The notes under the pieces are model-generated. The model was not told the DNA's origin, ran no database searches, and saw only the letters and a list, made by a program, of their open reading frames with translations. Positions 9,644 to 19,331 of a DNA stretch of 49,247 bases are shown here, piece by piece. A program made the position numbers and the translations under genes. How positions within the stretch are numbered: position 1 is the first letter of the stretch; every line of letters begins with the position of its first letter. Location: assembly GCA_964608525.1 (NCBI GenBank), contig CAZSNJ010000002.1, forward strand, positions 1 to 49,247. The letters run 5' to 3'. This stretch comes from Candidatus Woesearchaeota archaeon. Its GTDB lineage: Archaea; Nanobdellota; Nanobdellia; Pacearchaeales; GW2011-AR1.

Positions 9644-10818
9644 TGAAACAAAAATTAAAAGTAATTCATATTGAACATTGTTCACATTCTTATTTTGTGT
9701 CAAATGATAAAAATCTTGATGATGTTGTTAGAGGAAGTTGGGGAACTCAGGTTGCAAGAGAAGTTAAAAAATTTTATCCAAATATTGAAATTGAATGCTG
9801 GTTTCCTGAAAAAATTGAAAAAGAAAAAAGAGAATTTAATTATCTTAATATGAAAATGAGAATTTTTCCAACAACATTCTCTCCTATGTATGCTCTTGAT
9901 TTTTCAATGCAAATGATAAATGCCTTAAAAGAAGAAATAAATAAATGTAAAAAGGAAAATACAAGATTAATAATACATATACATGAGTATCATAACCTTC
10001 ATGGACTCATAATTGCAGGATTATTTAAAAAACAAAAAATGATTGCACAACATCATGGAGGCAGTTGGCCATTAAAACATTTAAAACAAACAAGAAAGTA
10101 TCTTTTATTTTTTCCATTTTTTTTAATTGGACAAATATTAGAAAAAAGAGTTTTAAAAAATATTAAGTGTTTTTTTGCACTAAGCAAAGAAGAAATGAAT
10201 TATATAAAAAAAACTTCTCCGAATTCTAAAGTAAAATTTCAAACAATGGGAATTGAAGAAGAATATTTTGAAAATATAAGTAAAAAATTAGCAAGAAAGA
10301 AATTAAAATTACCACTAAACAAAAAAATATTTATTTTTATAGGAAGAATTAACAAAGAAAAAGGGATAAAATATCTACTCGATTCTATGAAGAAATTAAA
10401 AGATATAGATTTAAAGATACTCGGTTACACTCAAAGCATTAATTATTTTAAAGAATATTCAAAAAAACTTAAATTAAAAAATGTTGAATTTCTAGGAGGG
10501 GTTTTTGGTAAAAGAAAGTTATTATATCTAAGTGCTGCAGATGGATTAATCCTTCCATCCTCTAAGGAAGGTGCTCCGGTAACAATAATGGAGGCATTTG
10601 CAAGAAATCTTCCTGTAATTACAACTAATGTTGGAGGAGTTCCTTTAATGGTAAAAGATAAAAAGAATAGTTTAATTATAAAAGAGAAAAATTCACAAGA
10701 TATTGTTAGAGCAGTTAATCAATTTGTAAAAAAACCAATAAAAAATGTTAAAAAATATAGTGATAAATATAAATGGAAAAATATAATTAAAGATACAATT
10801 AAAGAATATGAAAATTAA
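9643..10818 (+). CDS. glycosyltransferase, GT4/GT-B family
   Basis: FIGRINKEKGI ... LILPSSKEGAPVTIMEAFARNLPVITTNVGG (E-x7-E type motif). Confidence 0.8.
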   Translation: MKQKLKVIHIEHCSHSYFVSNDKNLDDVVRGSWGTQVAREVKKFYPNIEIECWFPEKIEKEKREFNYLNMKMRIFPTTFSPMYALDFSMQMINALKEEINKCKKENTRLIIHIHEYHNLHGLIIAGLFKKQKMIAQHHGGSWPLKHLKQTRKYLLFFPFFLIGQILEKRVLKNIKCFFALSKEEMNYIKKTSPNSKVKFQTMGIEEEYFENISKKLARKKLKLPLNKKIFIFIGRINKEKGIKYLLDSMKKLKDIDLKILGYTQSINYFKEYSKKLKLKNVEFLGGVFGKRKLLYLSAADGLILPSSKEGAPVTIMEAFARNLPVITTNVGGVPLMVKDKKNSLIIKEKNSQDIVRAVNQFVKKPIKNVKKYSDKYKWKNIIKDTIKEYEN

Positions 10819-11539
10819 TGAAAATAGATGGAATATTGCTCAAGAATCAGAGAAAAGATATTGGGAACAATTTAAAACAAAATCTCTTTTAGAATACCTT
10901 GAAAAAGAATATAAAAAAGATTTAGATATACTTTTAAAAAAATTAGAAAAAACTATAAAAATAAATAAAAATACAAAAATCCTTCAAATTGGATGTGGCC
11001 CATTAGATATTATAAATTATTTTAAAAAAGGGAAAACATATTCAATAGATCCTCTAGCTAATTTTTATAAAAAAAGATTTAAAATAGATTATAAATCAAC
11101 TCATTTAAAAGAAGCCCCTGGAGAACAAATTCCCTACAAAGATAATTATTTTGATTTAGTTATAATAAATAATGTTTTAGATCATACTAAAGATCCTGAA
11201 AAAGTGCTCTCTGAAACTTACCGTGTTTTAAAAAAAGATGGAATACTTCATTTAGAAATTCAGATTTATCAAAAGATCTTTTTATTGCTTACAAAAATAT
11301 GGGGTCCTCTTAAAAAATTATTTACAAGGGAGATGTTTAATATCCATCACCCACACATGTTTCTCTCTTATGATGTGGAAAAAATCATATCTAAAAAATT
11401 CATAGTTATCAATAAAGAATATGAAGATATAGAAAAATTAAAAGAAGAAAGAAAAAAACAAAGATTTACTTTAAGATTCTTAGCATTATTTAAAATTTTG
11501 GGAAATATAAACTACAGATTTGTTTGCAAGAAAAAATAA
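10808..11539 (+). CDS. class I SAM-dependent methyltransferase
   Basis: ILQIGCGPLDI (motif I), FDLVIINNVLDHTKDPEKVLSETYRVLKKDGILHL. Overlaps the upstream gene by 11 nt. Confidence 0.75.
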   Translation: MKINENRWNIAQESEKRYWEQFKTKSLLEYLEKEYKKDLDILLKKLEKTIKINKNTKILQIGCGPLDIINYFKKGKTYSIDPLANFYKKRFKIDYKSTHLKEAPGEQIPYKDNYFDLVIINNVLDHTKDPEKVLSETYRVLKKDGILHLEIQIYQKIFLLLTKIWGPLKKLFTREMFNIHHPHMFLSYDVEKIISKKFIVINKEYEDIEKLKEERKKQRFTLRFLALFKILGNINYRFVCKKK

Positions 11540-11540
11540 T

Positions 11541-12602
11541 ATGTCTTATAAAACTATGAAAATAAAAAAGTATTATGATTTTTTAAGAAGTAATAATTCA
11601 TTTTTGAAAACTAAATCTAATCAAAAGATAAAAATTCTTCTTAATATTCTAAAATACCTAAAATCAAACAAAAAATTAATTGTTAAAAATAAACCAATAA
11701 TTGCTCAAATAGAACCAACTTCTCATTGCAATCTTAAATGTGAGATGTGTATTAGAGAGAAAATAAATGTTTCTATTGGAACAATGTCTTTTAAAAATTT
11801 TAAAACAATCTTAGAAAAATTAGATTCATTATCTAAAATACATATTTCAGGACAAGGTGAACCTTTTCTTAATAAAGAATTATTTGATATGATAAAATAT
11901 GCAAATAAAAGAGGGATAACTGTTTTTTTTACAACAAATGGGACAATGTTAACAAAAGAAATTATTCATACGATATGCAAGGTAGATATAGGTGAAATAG
12001 GAATATCAATTGATTCTACAATTAAGGAAAAATATGAAAAAATAAGAAAAGGTGCCAATTTTAATAAAGTTAAAACAAATATAAAAAATTTAGTTAATGA
12101 GTTACAAAAGAGTAAGAAAAAAACGATTGTAAGTACAAGTGCAGTTATTTTAAAAGATAATTTTAATGAAATACCTGAATTTATAAAATTAGCAAATAGT
12201 CTTGGTATAAAAAAAGTTGGATTTCAAACAATTCAAGAAAAAAAAGATTATATTGATAAATATAATTCAAAAACAAAAACTCAAGTAGTTTCAAATTTTA
12301 ACAAAGAATTAAAAGAAAAAATAAAACAAGCAAAAAAAATTGCAAAAAAATACAAGATAACAGTTATATTTGATGAAGAAAAAAGTCCAGGATGTATCTG
12401 GCCTTGGAGAAGCATTTATATTACGTGGAATGGAAATATTACTCCTTGTTGTAAAATACTTGATTATAAAAAACCCTATTTTGGAAATATTTTAAAAGAA
12501 GATTTCTGGAAAATTTGGAATGGAAAAGAATATCAATTAACTAGGAAATTATTGAAACAAAGAAAAGCGCCTTTAACATGCAAGGGATGTAATATGGTTT
12601 AA
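11541..12602 (+). CDS. radical SAM enzyme with SPASM/twitch-like C-terminal domain
   Basis: IEPTSHCNLKCEMC, SGQGEPFLNK, C-terminal NGNITPCCK ... CKGCNM. The ATG at 11541 directly follows the upstream stop (11537-11539). The ORF track starts at 11520. Confidence 0.8.
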   Translation: MSYKTMKIKKYYDFLRSNNSFLKTKSNQKIKILLNILKYLKSNKKLIVKNKPIIAQIEPTSHCNLKCEMCIREKINVSIGTMSFKNFKTILEKLDSLSKIHISGQGEPFLNKELFDMIKYANKRGITVFFTTNGTMLTKEIIHTICKVDIGEIGISIDSTIKEKYEKIRKGANFNKVKTNIKNLVNELQKSKKKTIVSTSAVILKDNFNEIPEFIKLANSLGIKKVGFQTIQEKKDYIDKYNSKTKTQVVSNFNKELKEKIKQAKKIAKKYKITVIFDEEKSPGCIWPWRSIYITWNGNITPCCKILDYKKPYFGNILKEDFWKIWNGKEYQLTRKLLKQRKAPLTCKGCNMV

Positions 12603-13213
12603 GAAAGAACATATAAAATATCTCTTGCAAAACTTTGAGGAAATATCTTTGCTAAAAAATTCTTAAAAAATTGCGGTAAAAAGGAAGGGTTAGTTGGAGG
12701 AACATAATCTTTTTTTAAAATTTTAAATCCATTATTAATTAAGAATTTTTCTCCTGTTCTTATTGAAAAAAAATGTAAATGCCCGTATGGATCAAAAGGA
12801 TCTTTTGTTATAGGTTTATTAAAAAGAAATCTAATCTTATTTAAAACATGATAATCATTAGGAAAAGTTATAATTATTTTTCCATTTTCATTTAATCTTC
12901 TTTTTGAATCATAAAGAAGTTTTTTTGAATCTATTACATGTTCTAGTATATCTAATAAAAGGACATAATCAAATTTCTTATTTTTAAATGGAATTTCATC
13001 TTTATTCAAATCTGCTTGTTTCACATTTATATTTTTTTTAATTAATTCATTAACTAAATTTTTATCTATATCAACTCCAGAATATTTGCAATTTGGAATA
13101 AAATTCCGAAATATCCCCTTATTACATCCGATATCAAGTACTTGAGAATTATCTTTAATTAATTCTGCAACTTTCTTAAACTTATTTTCTAAAAAAATTT
13201 GATGATTGTCCAT
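12599..13213 (-). CDS. class I SAM-dependent methyltransferase
   Basis: VLDIGCNKGIF, SGVDID, FDYVLLLDILEHVIDSKKLL, NGKIIITFPN. Confidence 0.75.
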   Translation of the reverse strand: MDNHQIFLENKFKKVAELIKDNSQVLDIGCNKGIFRNFIPNCKYSGVDIDKNLVNELIKKNINVKQADLNKDEIPFKNKKFDYVLLLDILEHVIDSKKLLYDSKRRLNENGKIIITFPNDYHVLNKIRFLFNKPITKDPFDPYGHLHFFSIRTGEKFLINNGFKILKKDYVPPTNPSFLPQFFKNFLAKIFPQSFARDILYVLS

Positions 13214-13243
13214 TTGATAATTAGTAAATCTTTCCTTAAAAAT

Positions 13244-14146
13244 TTAAGTAGATTGTATTTCTTTTATTTCTACGCTTGTATGACCCAGTTCTTGTTTATT
13301 ATTTGTTGTAACCTTGACATCACAAGGATTGCATTGCCCATATTTATCACAATCCATAAAATCATCTTCAACAGAAAAAGAATTATCCGTTATATTCCCA
13401 ATAGGATTCTCTCTTGCATAAAGATCTCTATGACATCTATAAGTATCTCCTTTTGGTCCAATTAATAATTCAGAAGTTTTACATTTACAAGATTTTGTTT
13501 TTTCTTGAAGGGTAGACTTTGGAAATTTGGAATAATCCCCATAAGGTTCTCCCTTATATACTCCTGTAAAACTCTTAGTTCTAAAATCAATCTCTTTATC
13601 CTTACATATAAATTGCATTGTATCAGATATACTCGAAAGTTGTGTTGAACTAGGATATAGAACACTCCAAATTCCAATACTAAATCCTTTATCTTGTAAT
13701 AATTTTACATTATCTGCAAGTTTTACTGCATCATTCATCGCTTCTGGATGATAACTAACCCTTATAGAAGAATAAGGAGAATCTCTTTTAACTCTATTGG
13801 GGTCAACGTCAGATATAAACTTTTCTAATCCTTTTTTTCCCCACATTAAATTAGTAAGTATATCAATATTAAGTTCTGGTTTTAAATTATTAATTATATA
13901 AATAAAATCTTTATGTAAAAAAGGTTCTCCTCCGCCAAGAGTTATAGGTAAATTTTGTTTTGATTCAATCTTATTCAAGGCATTAACCCATTCTTCTCCT
14001 GAAATTTCGTTAAATTCATTTCTATTAAATTTAACCTCATTGCCTAAAGAATTTATACAAAAACTACAACTAAGATTGCATCTCATAGTTAAAAATGCTG
14101 CAATGTATTTATAGGTATCTGGAATAATTATTTCCCCTTTTTTCAT
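13244..14146 (-). CDS. radical SAM enzyme (Cys-rich C-terminus)
   Basis: FLTMRCNLSCSFCIN (CX3CX2C), LGGGEPFLHK, C-terminal CKCK...YRCH...CDKYGQCNPC. Confidence 0.75.
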   Translation of the reverse strand: MKKGEIIIPDTYKYIAAFLTMRCNLSCSFCINSLGNEVKFNRNEFNEISGEEWVNALNKIESKQNLPITLGGGEPFLHKDFIYIINNLKPELNIDILTNLMWGKKGLEKFISDVDPNRVKRDSPYSSIRVSYHPEAMNDAVKLADNVKLLQDKGFSIGIWSVLYPSSTQLSSISDTMQFICKDKEIDFRTKSFTGVYKGEPYGDYSKFPKSTLQEKTKSCKCKTSELLIGPKGDTYRCHRDLYARENPIGNITDNSFSVEDDFMDCDKYGQCNPCDVKVTTNNKQELGHTSVEIKEIQST

Positions 14147-14203
14147 AAATTGAGATTAAAAATAGGGTTTAAAAGAATTATTATGGATGAATATATACAA
14201 AAA

Positions 14204-14602
14204 CTATAGTCCTAATTTTTCCTTATTTTTTAAAATAAAATCCATGTAATAAGGGGCCAATTTTATTTTATGCAATTCTTCAAATCTAAAATAATTTAAT
14301 CTTTGACCTTCATTTAATTTAATTTTATTTAAAGGAGTATTTACTTGACCAATAAAGATAGAATTATTACAATTGTCCCCTGCCAAAATATTTCCAATAA
14401 ATTCTATTTTTCCTATATTAACATTTTCTATCTCCTCGTCTATTTCTCTTTTAATTGATTCTAAATCTGTTTCATCTTTTTCTGTTTCCCCTCCAATAAA
14501 ATCCCAATATCCTGGAAAAGGTATATCTAATTTATTATCTCTTAAAAATAACAAGAATTCTTTTTTAGAATTTAATAATATTATTTTTGATGCTCTTCTC
14601 AT
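14204..14602 (-). CDS. Nudix hydrolase (canonical Nudix box)
   Basis: GGETEKDETDLESIKREIDEEIE fits GX5EX7REUXEE exactly. Confidence 0.8.
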   Translation of the reverse strand: MRRASKIILLNSKKEFLLFLRDNKLDIPFPGYWDFIGGETEKDETDLESIKREIDEEIENVNIGKIEFIGNILAGDNCNNSIFIGQVNTPLNKIKLNEGQRLNYFRFEELHKIKLAPYYMDFILKNKEKLGL

Positions 14603-14669
14603 TTTATATAAATCTGCTTTATGATTTTTAATTCTTTTGGATGAATTATATCTTTTTTATAAAAAAGAA

Positions 14670-15650
14670 TTATTCTTTATGGATATATTCTAAGGGAAGT
14701 GTTTTAATTACGTTCCAATTTTTATCTACCCACTGAATACATTGTTCAATTCCCTTATCAAAATCTACTTCTGGTTTCCAATCCAAGCTGTCTCTTGCTT
14801 TGCTTGAATCTAAAAGATATTCTGAATCCTGTCCTTTTCTTTCGTCAACTACTTTAACAGAATCTTCAAAATTTTTCCCTACTTTTTTAAGAATCTTCCT
14901 AACCAAATTATTAATACTAATTCCTGAATCTGGAGATAAATGATATACTTCTCCATGATTAATATCTTCTAATATTTTCAATATACCGGCACAATCATCT
15001 TGAACATGAAGATATGATTTTATTGCTTTTCCTCCTCCATGAAGCTGTATTTTCTCTCCTAATTTTGTATAAATTATTGTACGCGGAATAATTCTAAACA
15101 ATTGTTGACCTGGACCATATACATTAGTAGATCTTACAAAACTTGCAGGAAAATTAAATTGTTTTATTAAATTTTGGATAAACATATCTCCTGCTGCTTT
15201 TGAAGATGCATAAGGGGTACTTGGATTAAAGGAGGTATCTTCATTAATTTCATTGCACGAACCATAAACTTCGGGAGTAGATACCTGAACATACTTTTCA
15301 AAGGATTTTATTCTCCTTGATTTATTTGTTAAATTAACAATTCCTAAACAATTAGTACGGAACCAATGTTCCGGATTATCCCAACTTTGTCCTACCATCC
15401 CTTGGGCAGCAAAATTAACTACTTTTTTTACCTTTTCTCCTTCAAAAATATCAATTATATCATCTAAGCCATTATTTATATTTCCTTGAAAAAATTTAAA
15501 TCCCTCCTTACCTTTATATGGAAGAAATATTGGATTGTATTCTGCAGATCTACTAATCCCAATTACTTTATAATTTGTATTCTCTAAAACATGATTAACA
15601 AAATGAGCTCCTGAAAATGAATTACTTCCAATAACTGCAATTTTGTCCAT
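14670..15650 (-). CDS. NAD(P)-dependent sugar epimerase/dehydratase (extended SDR)
   Basis: IAVIGSNSFSGAHFVNHV (Rossmann), STPEVYG, YASSKAAGD (YxxxK). Confidence 0.85.
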   Translation of the reverse strand: MDKIAVIGSNSFSGAHFVNHVLENTNYKVIGISRSAEYNPIFLPYKGKEGFKFFQGNINNGLDDIIDIFEGEKVKKVVNFAAQGMVGQSWDNPEHWFRTNCLGIVNLTNKSRRIKSFEKYVQVSTPEVYGSCNEINEDTSFNPSTPYASSKAAGDMFIQNLIKQFNFPASFVRSTNVYGPGQQLFRIIPRTIIYTKLGEKIQLHGGGKAIKSYLHVQDDCAGILKILEDINHGEVYHLSPDSGISINNLVRKILKKVGKNFEDSVKVVDERKGQDSEYLLDSSKARDSLDWKPEVDFDKGIEQCIQWVDKNWNVIKTLPLEYIHKE

Positions 15651-15689
15651 TTTTTAAATTAAGTAAGTTGATTTTTAAATATTTGTATA

Positions 15690-16814
15690 TTAAATAAAAT
15701 TAATATGTTGAGGGGGTTTTCCTTTTGGTTCTTCTAATTTAATACTTCCTTGTTTTACATTCCATAAATATTCATTAATTCTATCTTGACAACACATAAT
15801 TCCGCAATCAGTATGAACATTATGATTATCAGACGCTAGATGGTTTATAACTTCCCAATATTTATCGCTTTTCAAGATATCTTTAAAAGATGTTTCTGTA
15901 ATATTTCCTATGTGGTGCTGTTTATATTTTGAATTAAAAAGTTGTCCACATGGAGCAACTAATCCTGAACCTGATAATTGCATAAGAAAAGGAGTTCCAT
16001 AGCATTTAGAATATTTCTTTTCTCCTCCACTTAGAATTTTTGACCATTTAGCTTTAACGAAATAATTGTCCGTAGAGTATGCTTCAGCTTCTTCTAAAGT
16101 ATTAATTAAATCAGAATCAAGATATTCTTTATAATTTGATCCAAGTTCTCTTTTTTCATCATCACTACAATGTTTTATTACTAAATAATCTACTCCAAGA
16201 TCTTTTCCTAATTTTGTAAGAGGAATAACATCTTCCTTAAATTTTGGTAGAAATACCATTTGCATCCCAATTGTCACATCTAATTTTTTGTCTTTTTTAA
16301 TTTTAACACTTTTTTTAATATTTTCTATAACTTTATAGAAATCTTTTTCCTTACAACCATGAATTTCAGAGTATCTTTTTGGAACTCCTGCAGAAATATT
16401 AAACCTAAACCATGTAGAGGACCCTAATATTTTCTCTAGCTCTTCTTCCTTTAAAAGAGCCCCGTTTGTTGCAACAGCCATATCTACTCCTTTCTTTTTT
16501 CCATAAACTAAAGTTTCTGCAAAATGAGGTGAAACAGTACTTTCACCATCTCCCATAAGAATTACTCCTTTAACCCCTAATTCTGCACAATCATCTAAGA
16601 ATCTAAAGGTATGATCTTTAGTCATTTTTGTATTATCATTCTTTTGCAATTGACTGTAGCAATAAGTGCATTTAAAATTACAAGCTCTTGTTAAAGCATA
16701 ATCTATTGTAATTGGAACTATTCTTTCTCCTTTTAACCATGCTTCAACTCTATCTTTGTGCCAAGCTAATTTATGCCCATCCAAAATTATTGGTTCATTT
16801 CTCTTTTTATCCAT
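15690..16814 (-). CDS. radical SAM enzyme (paralog family with 18008..19057 and 22903..24063)
   Basis: DGHKLAWHKDRVEAW N-terminus, LTRACNFKCTYCY, MGDGESTVSP, C-terminal CYGTPF...APCG...CGIMCC. Confidence 0.8.
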   Translation of the reverse strand: MDKKRNEPIILDGHKLAWHKDRVEAWLKGERIVPITIDYALTRACNFKCTYCYSQLQKNDNTKMTKDHTFRFLDDCAELGVKGVILMGDGESTVSPHFAETLVYGKKKGVDMAVATNGALLKEEELEKILGSSTWFRFNISAGVPKRYSEIHGCKEKDFYKVIENIKKSVKIKKDKKLDVTIGMQMVFLPKFKEDVIPLTKLGKDLGVDYLVIKHCSDDEKRELGSNYKEYLDSDLINTLEEAEAYSTDNYFVKAKWSKILSGGEKKYSKCYGTPFLMQLSGSGLVAPCGQLFNSKYKQHHIGNITETSFKDILKSDKYWEVINHLASDNHNVHTDCGIMCCQDRINEYLWNVKQGSIKLEEPKGKPPQHINFI

Positions 16815-18006
16815 TTTTAGAGTATAATTCTTTTTTTTCTATAATTATTGCCGAGTTCTTAAAGGTTCCTAAGGTTTGATATGTTTCAAGAATTTGACTT
16901 GCAGTTTGAGGTTTATATATTGGTAAAGAAAATAAATTCTCAAAAGCTTTTGTAAAATTTTGAATATGTTGAGGTCCCGGATAAAGAGGAGTTTCTTCTC
17001 CTGCAACTGCTCTTATTAACACAGGTGCTTTAAATTGTCCTTCGGACATTGCTTCTAATTTATCTAAATGATTTACTAATGAATCTAGAGCAATCAACAT
17101 AAAATCATGTCTTTCAAAAAATAAAACAGGCTTGTAATTTGTTAAAGCTAAACCAATTGCTAATCCTGACATTAAATTTTCTGCTAGAGGAGTTTCTAAT
17201 AATTGGTTTTTAGGAATATTTGAAAGAGTACCATATGCTTTTGTTCCATATTTTATATTATAACCAATAAAAATTGCTTTTTTATCTTCTGCTAATTTTT
17301 CCATTGATTGTTTAATTGCTTCTCCGTAGGCAAGACTTGTTTCTAATTTAGAAGATTTTTCCTTTTTATGTTTTATTTTTTTATACCACTTTTTAATTTT
17401 TAGATTAGAGAAATCTATTCTTTTTCCAGTATCATAATGAGGATATGTTGATTTGTAATTATATCTTTTAACACATGAAGGCCAATTAAATTCAGATTGA
17501 TTATAACGATCTTTTTTTGGTGTAGCAACAGATCTATTATTATCTTCAATAATAAAAGTACAAGGGAGATTCCAACCATCAACATATCTTGCTGCTTCAG
17601 AAAAATGTCCTTCTTCCTCGGCACCATCACCTAAAAAACACCAAACATGATTTTTGCTTTTGTTTTTTTTAAGTCCTAAAGCTACTCCTGCAGCAATTGG
17701 TGTACCGCCTGCAACAATTGATGAAGTAAGAAAATTTATATCTTTATCAAAAATGTGCATACTTTTTCCATCTAAAATCTTCTTTTCTAAAACTTTTGGA
17801 GAACCCCCTTTTAAAAGATAATGATAATGACTTCTATGTGTTGAAAATACATAATCTTCTTCTTTTATATCTTTAAAAATTTCAATTAATTGTTCTTCAT
17901 TTCCTCCAGAAAGATGAATTGGACAAGAAAGTTTGCCTTTTTCCCAAAGATTAGCAATATGCCTTTCAAAATCAATTAATTCTTGTTTGGTTATCTTCTT
18001 TCTCAT
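16807..18006 (-). CDS. ThDP-dependent dehydrogenase E1-like protein, compact alpha-beta fusion
   Basis: The N-half is E1-alpha-like (STHRSHYHYLLKGG; GDGAEEEG...IIEDNN = GDG-X27-NN ThDP motif). The C-half is like the E1-beta pyrimidine-binding domain (LETPLAENLMSGLAIGLAL, FFERHDF). The ATG at 18006 lies 1 nt after the upstream stop, giving 399 aa. The ORF track starts at 18033. Confidence 0.7.
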   Translation of the reverse strand: MRKKITKQELIDFERHIANLWEKGKLSCPIHLSGGNEEQLIEIFKDIKEEDYVFSTHRSHYHYLLKGGSPKVLEKKILDGKSMHIFDKDINFLTSSIVAGGTPIAAGVALGLKKNKSKNHVWCFLGDGAEEEGHFSEAARYVDGWNLPCTFIIEDNNRSVATPKKDRYNQSEFNWPSCVKRYNYKSTYPHYDTGKRIDFSNLKIKKWYKKIKHKKEKSSKLETSLAYGEAIKQSMEKLAEDKKAIFIGYNIKYGTKAYGTLSNIPKNQLLETPLAENLMSGLAIGLALTNYKPVLFFERHDFMLIALDSLVNHLDKLEAMSEGQFKAPVLIRAVAGEETPLYPGPQHIQNFTKAFENLFSLPIYKPQTASQILETYQTLGTFKNSAIIIEKKELYSKNG

Positions 18007-18007
18007 T

Positions 18008-19057
18008 TTATATAAAATTATCATGCGGTTCATGATTTTTTAATCTATGTAAATACCTATTAATTGGATCTAATCTGCATCCCTTTCTACATTCCGAAAT
18101 TCCCTGTTGTCTTATTTTTTCTATCACTTGTTTTCTTTTAGCTCCCTTCCAAATTTCATTAAAATTAGCTTTATATATATTCCCATAGCTAAATTCTTCA
18201 TTTTTATAAAATAGATTGCACGGAATAACATTCCCTTTTGAATCTATTAATGTAAAAAAAGGAAGACCATAACATTCAGAATAATTAATTCCTTCATTAA
18301 TCCTTTTTGCTGTTTGTTTCCTAAATAATACTTTAAAATTATCTGAATCAAATTCAGTTAATTTTTCTTCAAGTTGATTAAATACATCAATTCCTACTGA
18401 ATAATCATTAATACTACTAGGGTGATGGGAATAAGGTTTAATCTGAAGATTATCTGCCCCAATATTTTTTAATATTTTTGCCAGTTTTGGTGCTTCATTT
18501 ATATTTTTGGATATTGCTAAAAATTGAGTCCCTATTGTTGGATCTAAATTATTCTTCTCTTTATATTCAACACATTTTCTTATATTTTTTATTACTCTAA
18601 AAAAATCTTCTTTTTTTGTCTTATGAACTTGTGAATAATTTTTAGAACTACCTGAATTAATGCTAAATCTTAGCCATGAAAGATTTGGTAAAATTTGTTT
18701 TATTTTTTCATCAGTAAAAGGAACACCATTTGTAGTCATAGAGACATCTATTCCAGATTTTTTTGCTGTTTCTACAAATAAGCCTATATTCTTATGTAAT
18801 AAAGGTTCTCCTTCTCCTGCAAACATAACTGATTTTACCCCTTGCTCCCCCATATTTTTTAATGTTGATACCATAATATCCTTGTCAATAAAATCTCTTC
18901 CATATTCTAAATAATCAAGAGCACAAAAAGCACATCTATGATTACAAGTATTAGTTGGTCCTATTTCCACATAAATTGGATAACAATCTTCCTCTTTTTT
19001 CCATTCAGCAACTCTTTCAGGATGAAACATTAATTTATGGTTATCTACATCTATCAT
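18008..19057 (-). CDS. radical SAM enzyme (paralog of 15690..16814)
   Basis: DNHKLMFHPERVAEW, PTNTCNHRCAFC, AGEGEPLLHK, C-terminal CYGLPF...IPCN...CRKGC. Confidence 0.8.
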   Translation of the reverse strand: MIDVDNHKLMFHPERVAEWKKEEDCYPIYVEIGPTNTCNHRCAFCALDYLEYGRDFIDKDIMVSTLKNMGEQGVKSVMFAGEGEPLLHKNIGLFVETAKKSGIDVSMTTNGVPFTDEKIKQILPNLSWLRFSINSGSSKNYSQVHKTKKEDFFRVIKNIRKCVEYKEKNNLDPTIGTQFLAISKNINEAPKLAKILKNIGADNLQIKPYSHHPSSINDYSVGIDVFNQLEEKLTEFDSDNFKVLFRKQTAKRINEGINYSECYGLPFFTLIDSKGNVIPCNLFYKNEEFSYGNIYKANFNEIWKGAKRKQVIEKIRQQGISECRKGCRLDPINRYLHRLKNHEPHDNFI

Positions 19058-19085
19058 TTTTTATATAATGAGACTAAAATTTCTA

Positions 19086-19319
19086 TTAAAGAAAATCAGA
19101 ATGTTCTTTTGATACATCACAATTATCTAGAGTTATTTCTAATTTTCCGGAGGTTATTTTTCCGTCTTTTATTTCTTGCTCCATAATCTCATTGAATGAA
19201 TCAAGAACTTTCTTGTATTTTTCACTATCTTCTTTACTAATATTTGAATTTGTCAATAAACCTACTGCTCCATAAGATTCTATATTTGTAAGGTCATATC
19301 CTATTTTAAGTTTTCTCAT
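19086..19319 (-). CDS. small hypothetical protein (77 aa)
   Basis: ATG ORF wedged between the aminotransferase and a radical SAM gene on the same strand. No motif. Confidence 0.4.
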   Translation of the reverse strand: MRKLKIGYDLTNIESYGAVGLLTNSNISKEDSEKYKKVLDSFNEIMEQEIKDGKITSGKLEITLDNCDVSKEHSDFL

Positions 19320-19331
19320 TTTTACCTCCTT

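Noticed and set aside
19086-19319. The 77-aa ORF as a carrier protein or precursor peptide.
   Set aside because: It has no phosphopantetheine-attachment Ser motif, no Cys/Gly-rich core and no leader-like region. It is kept as hypothetical only.
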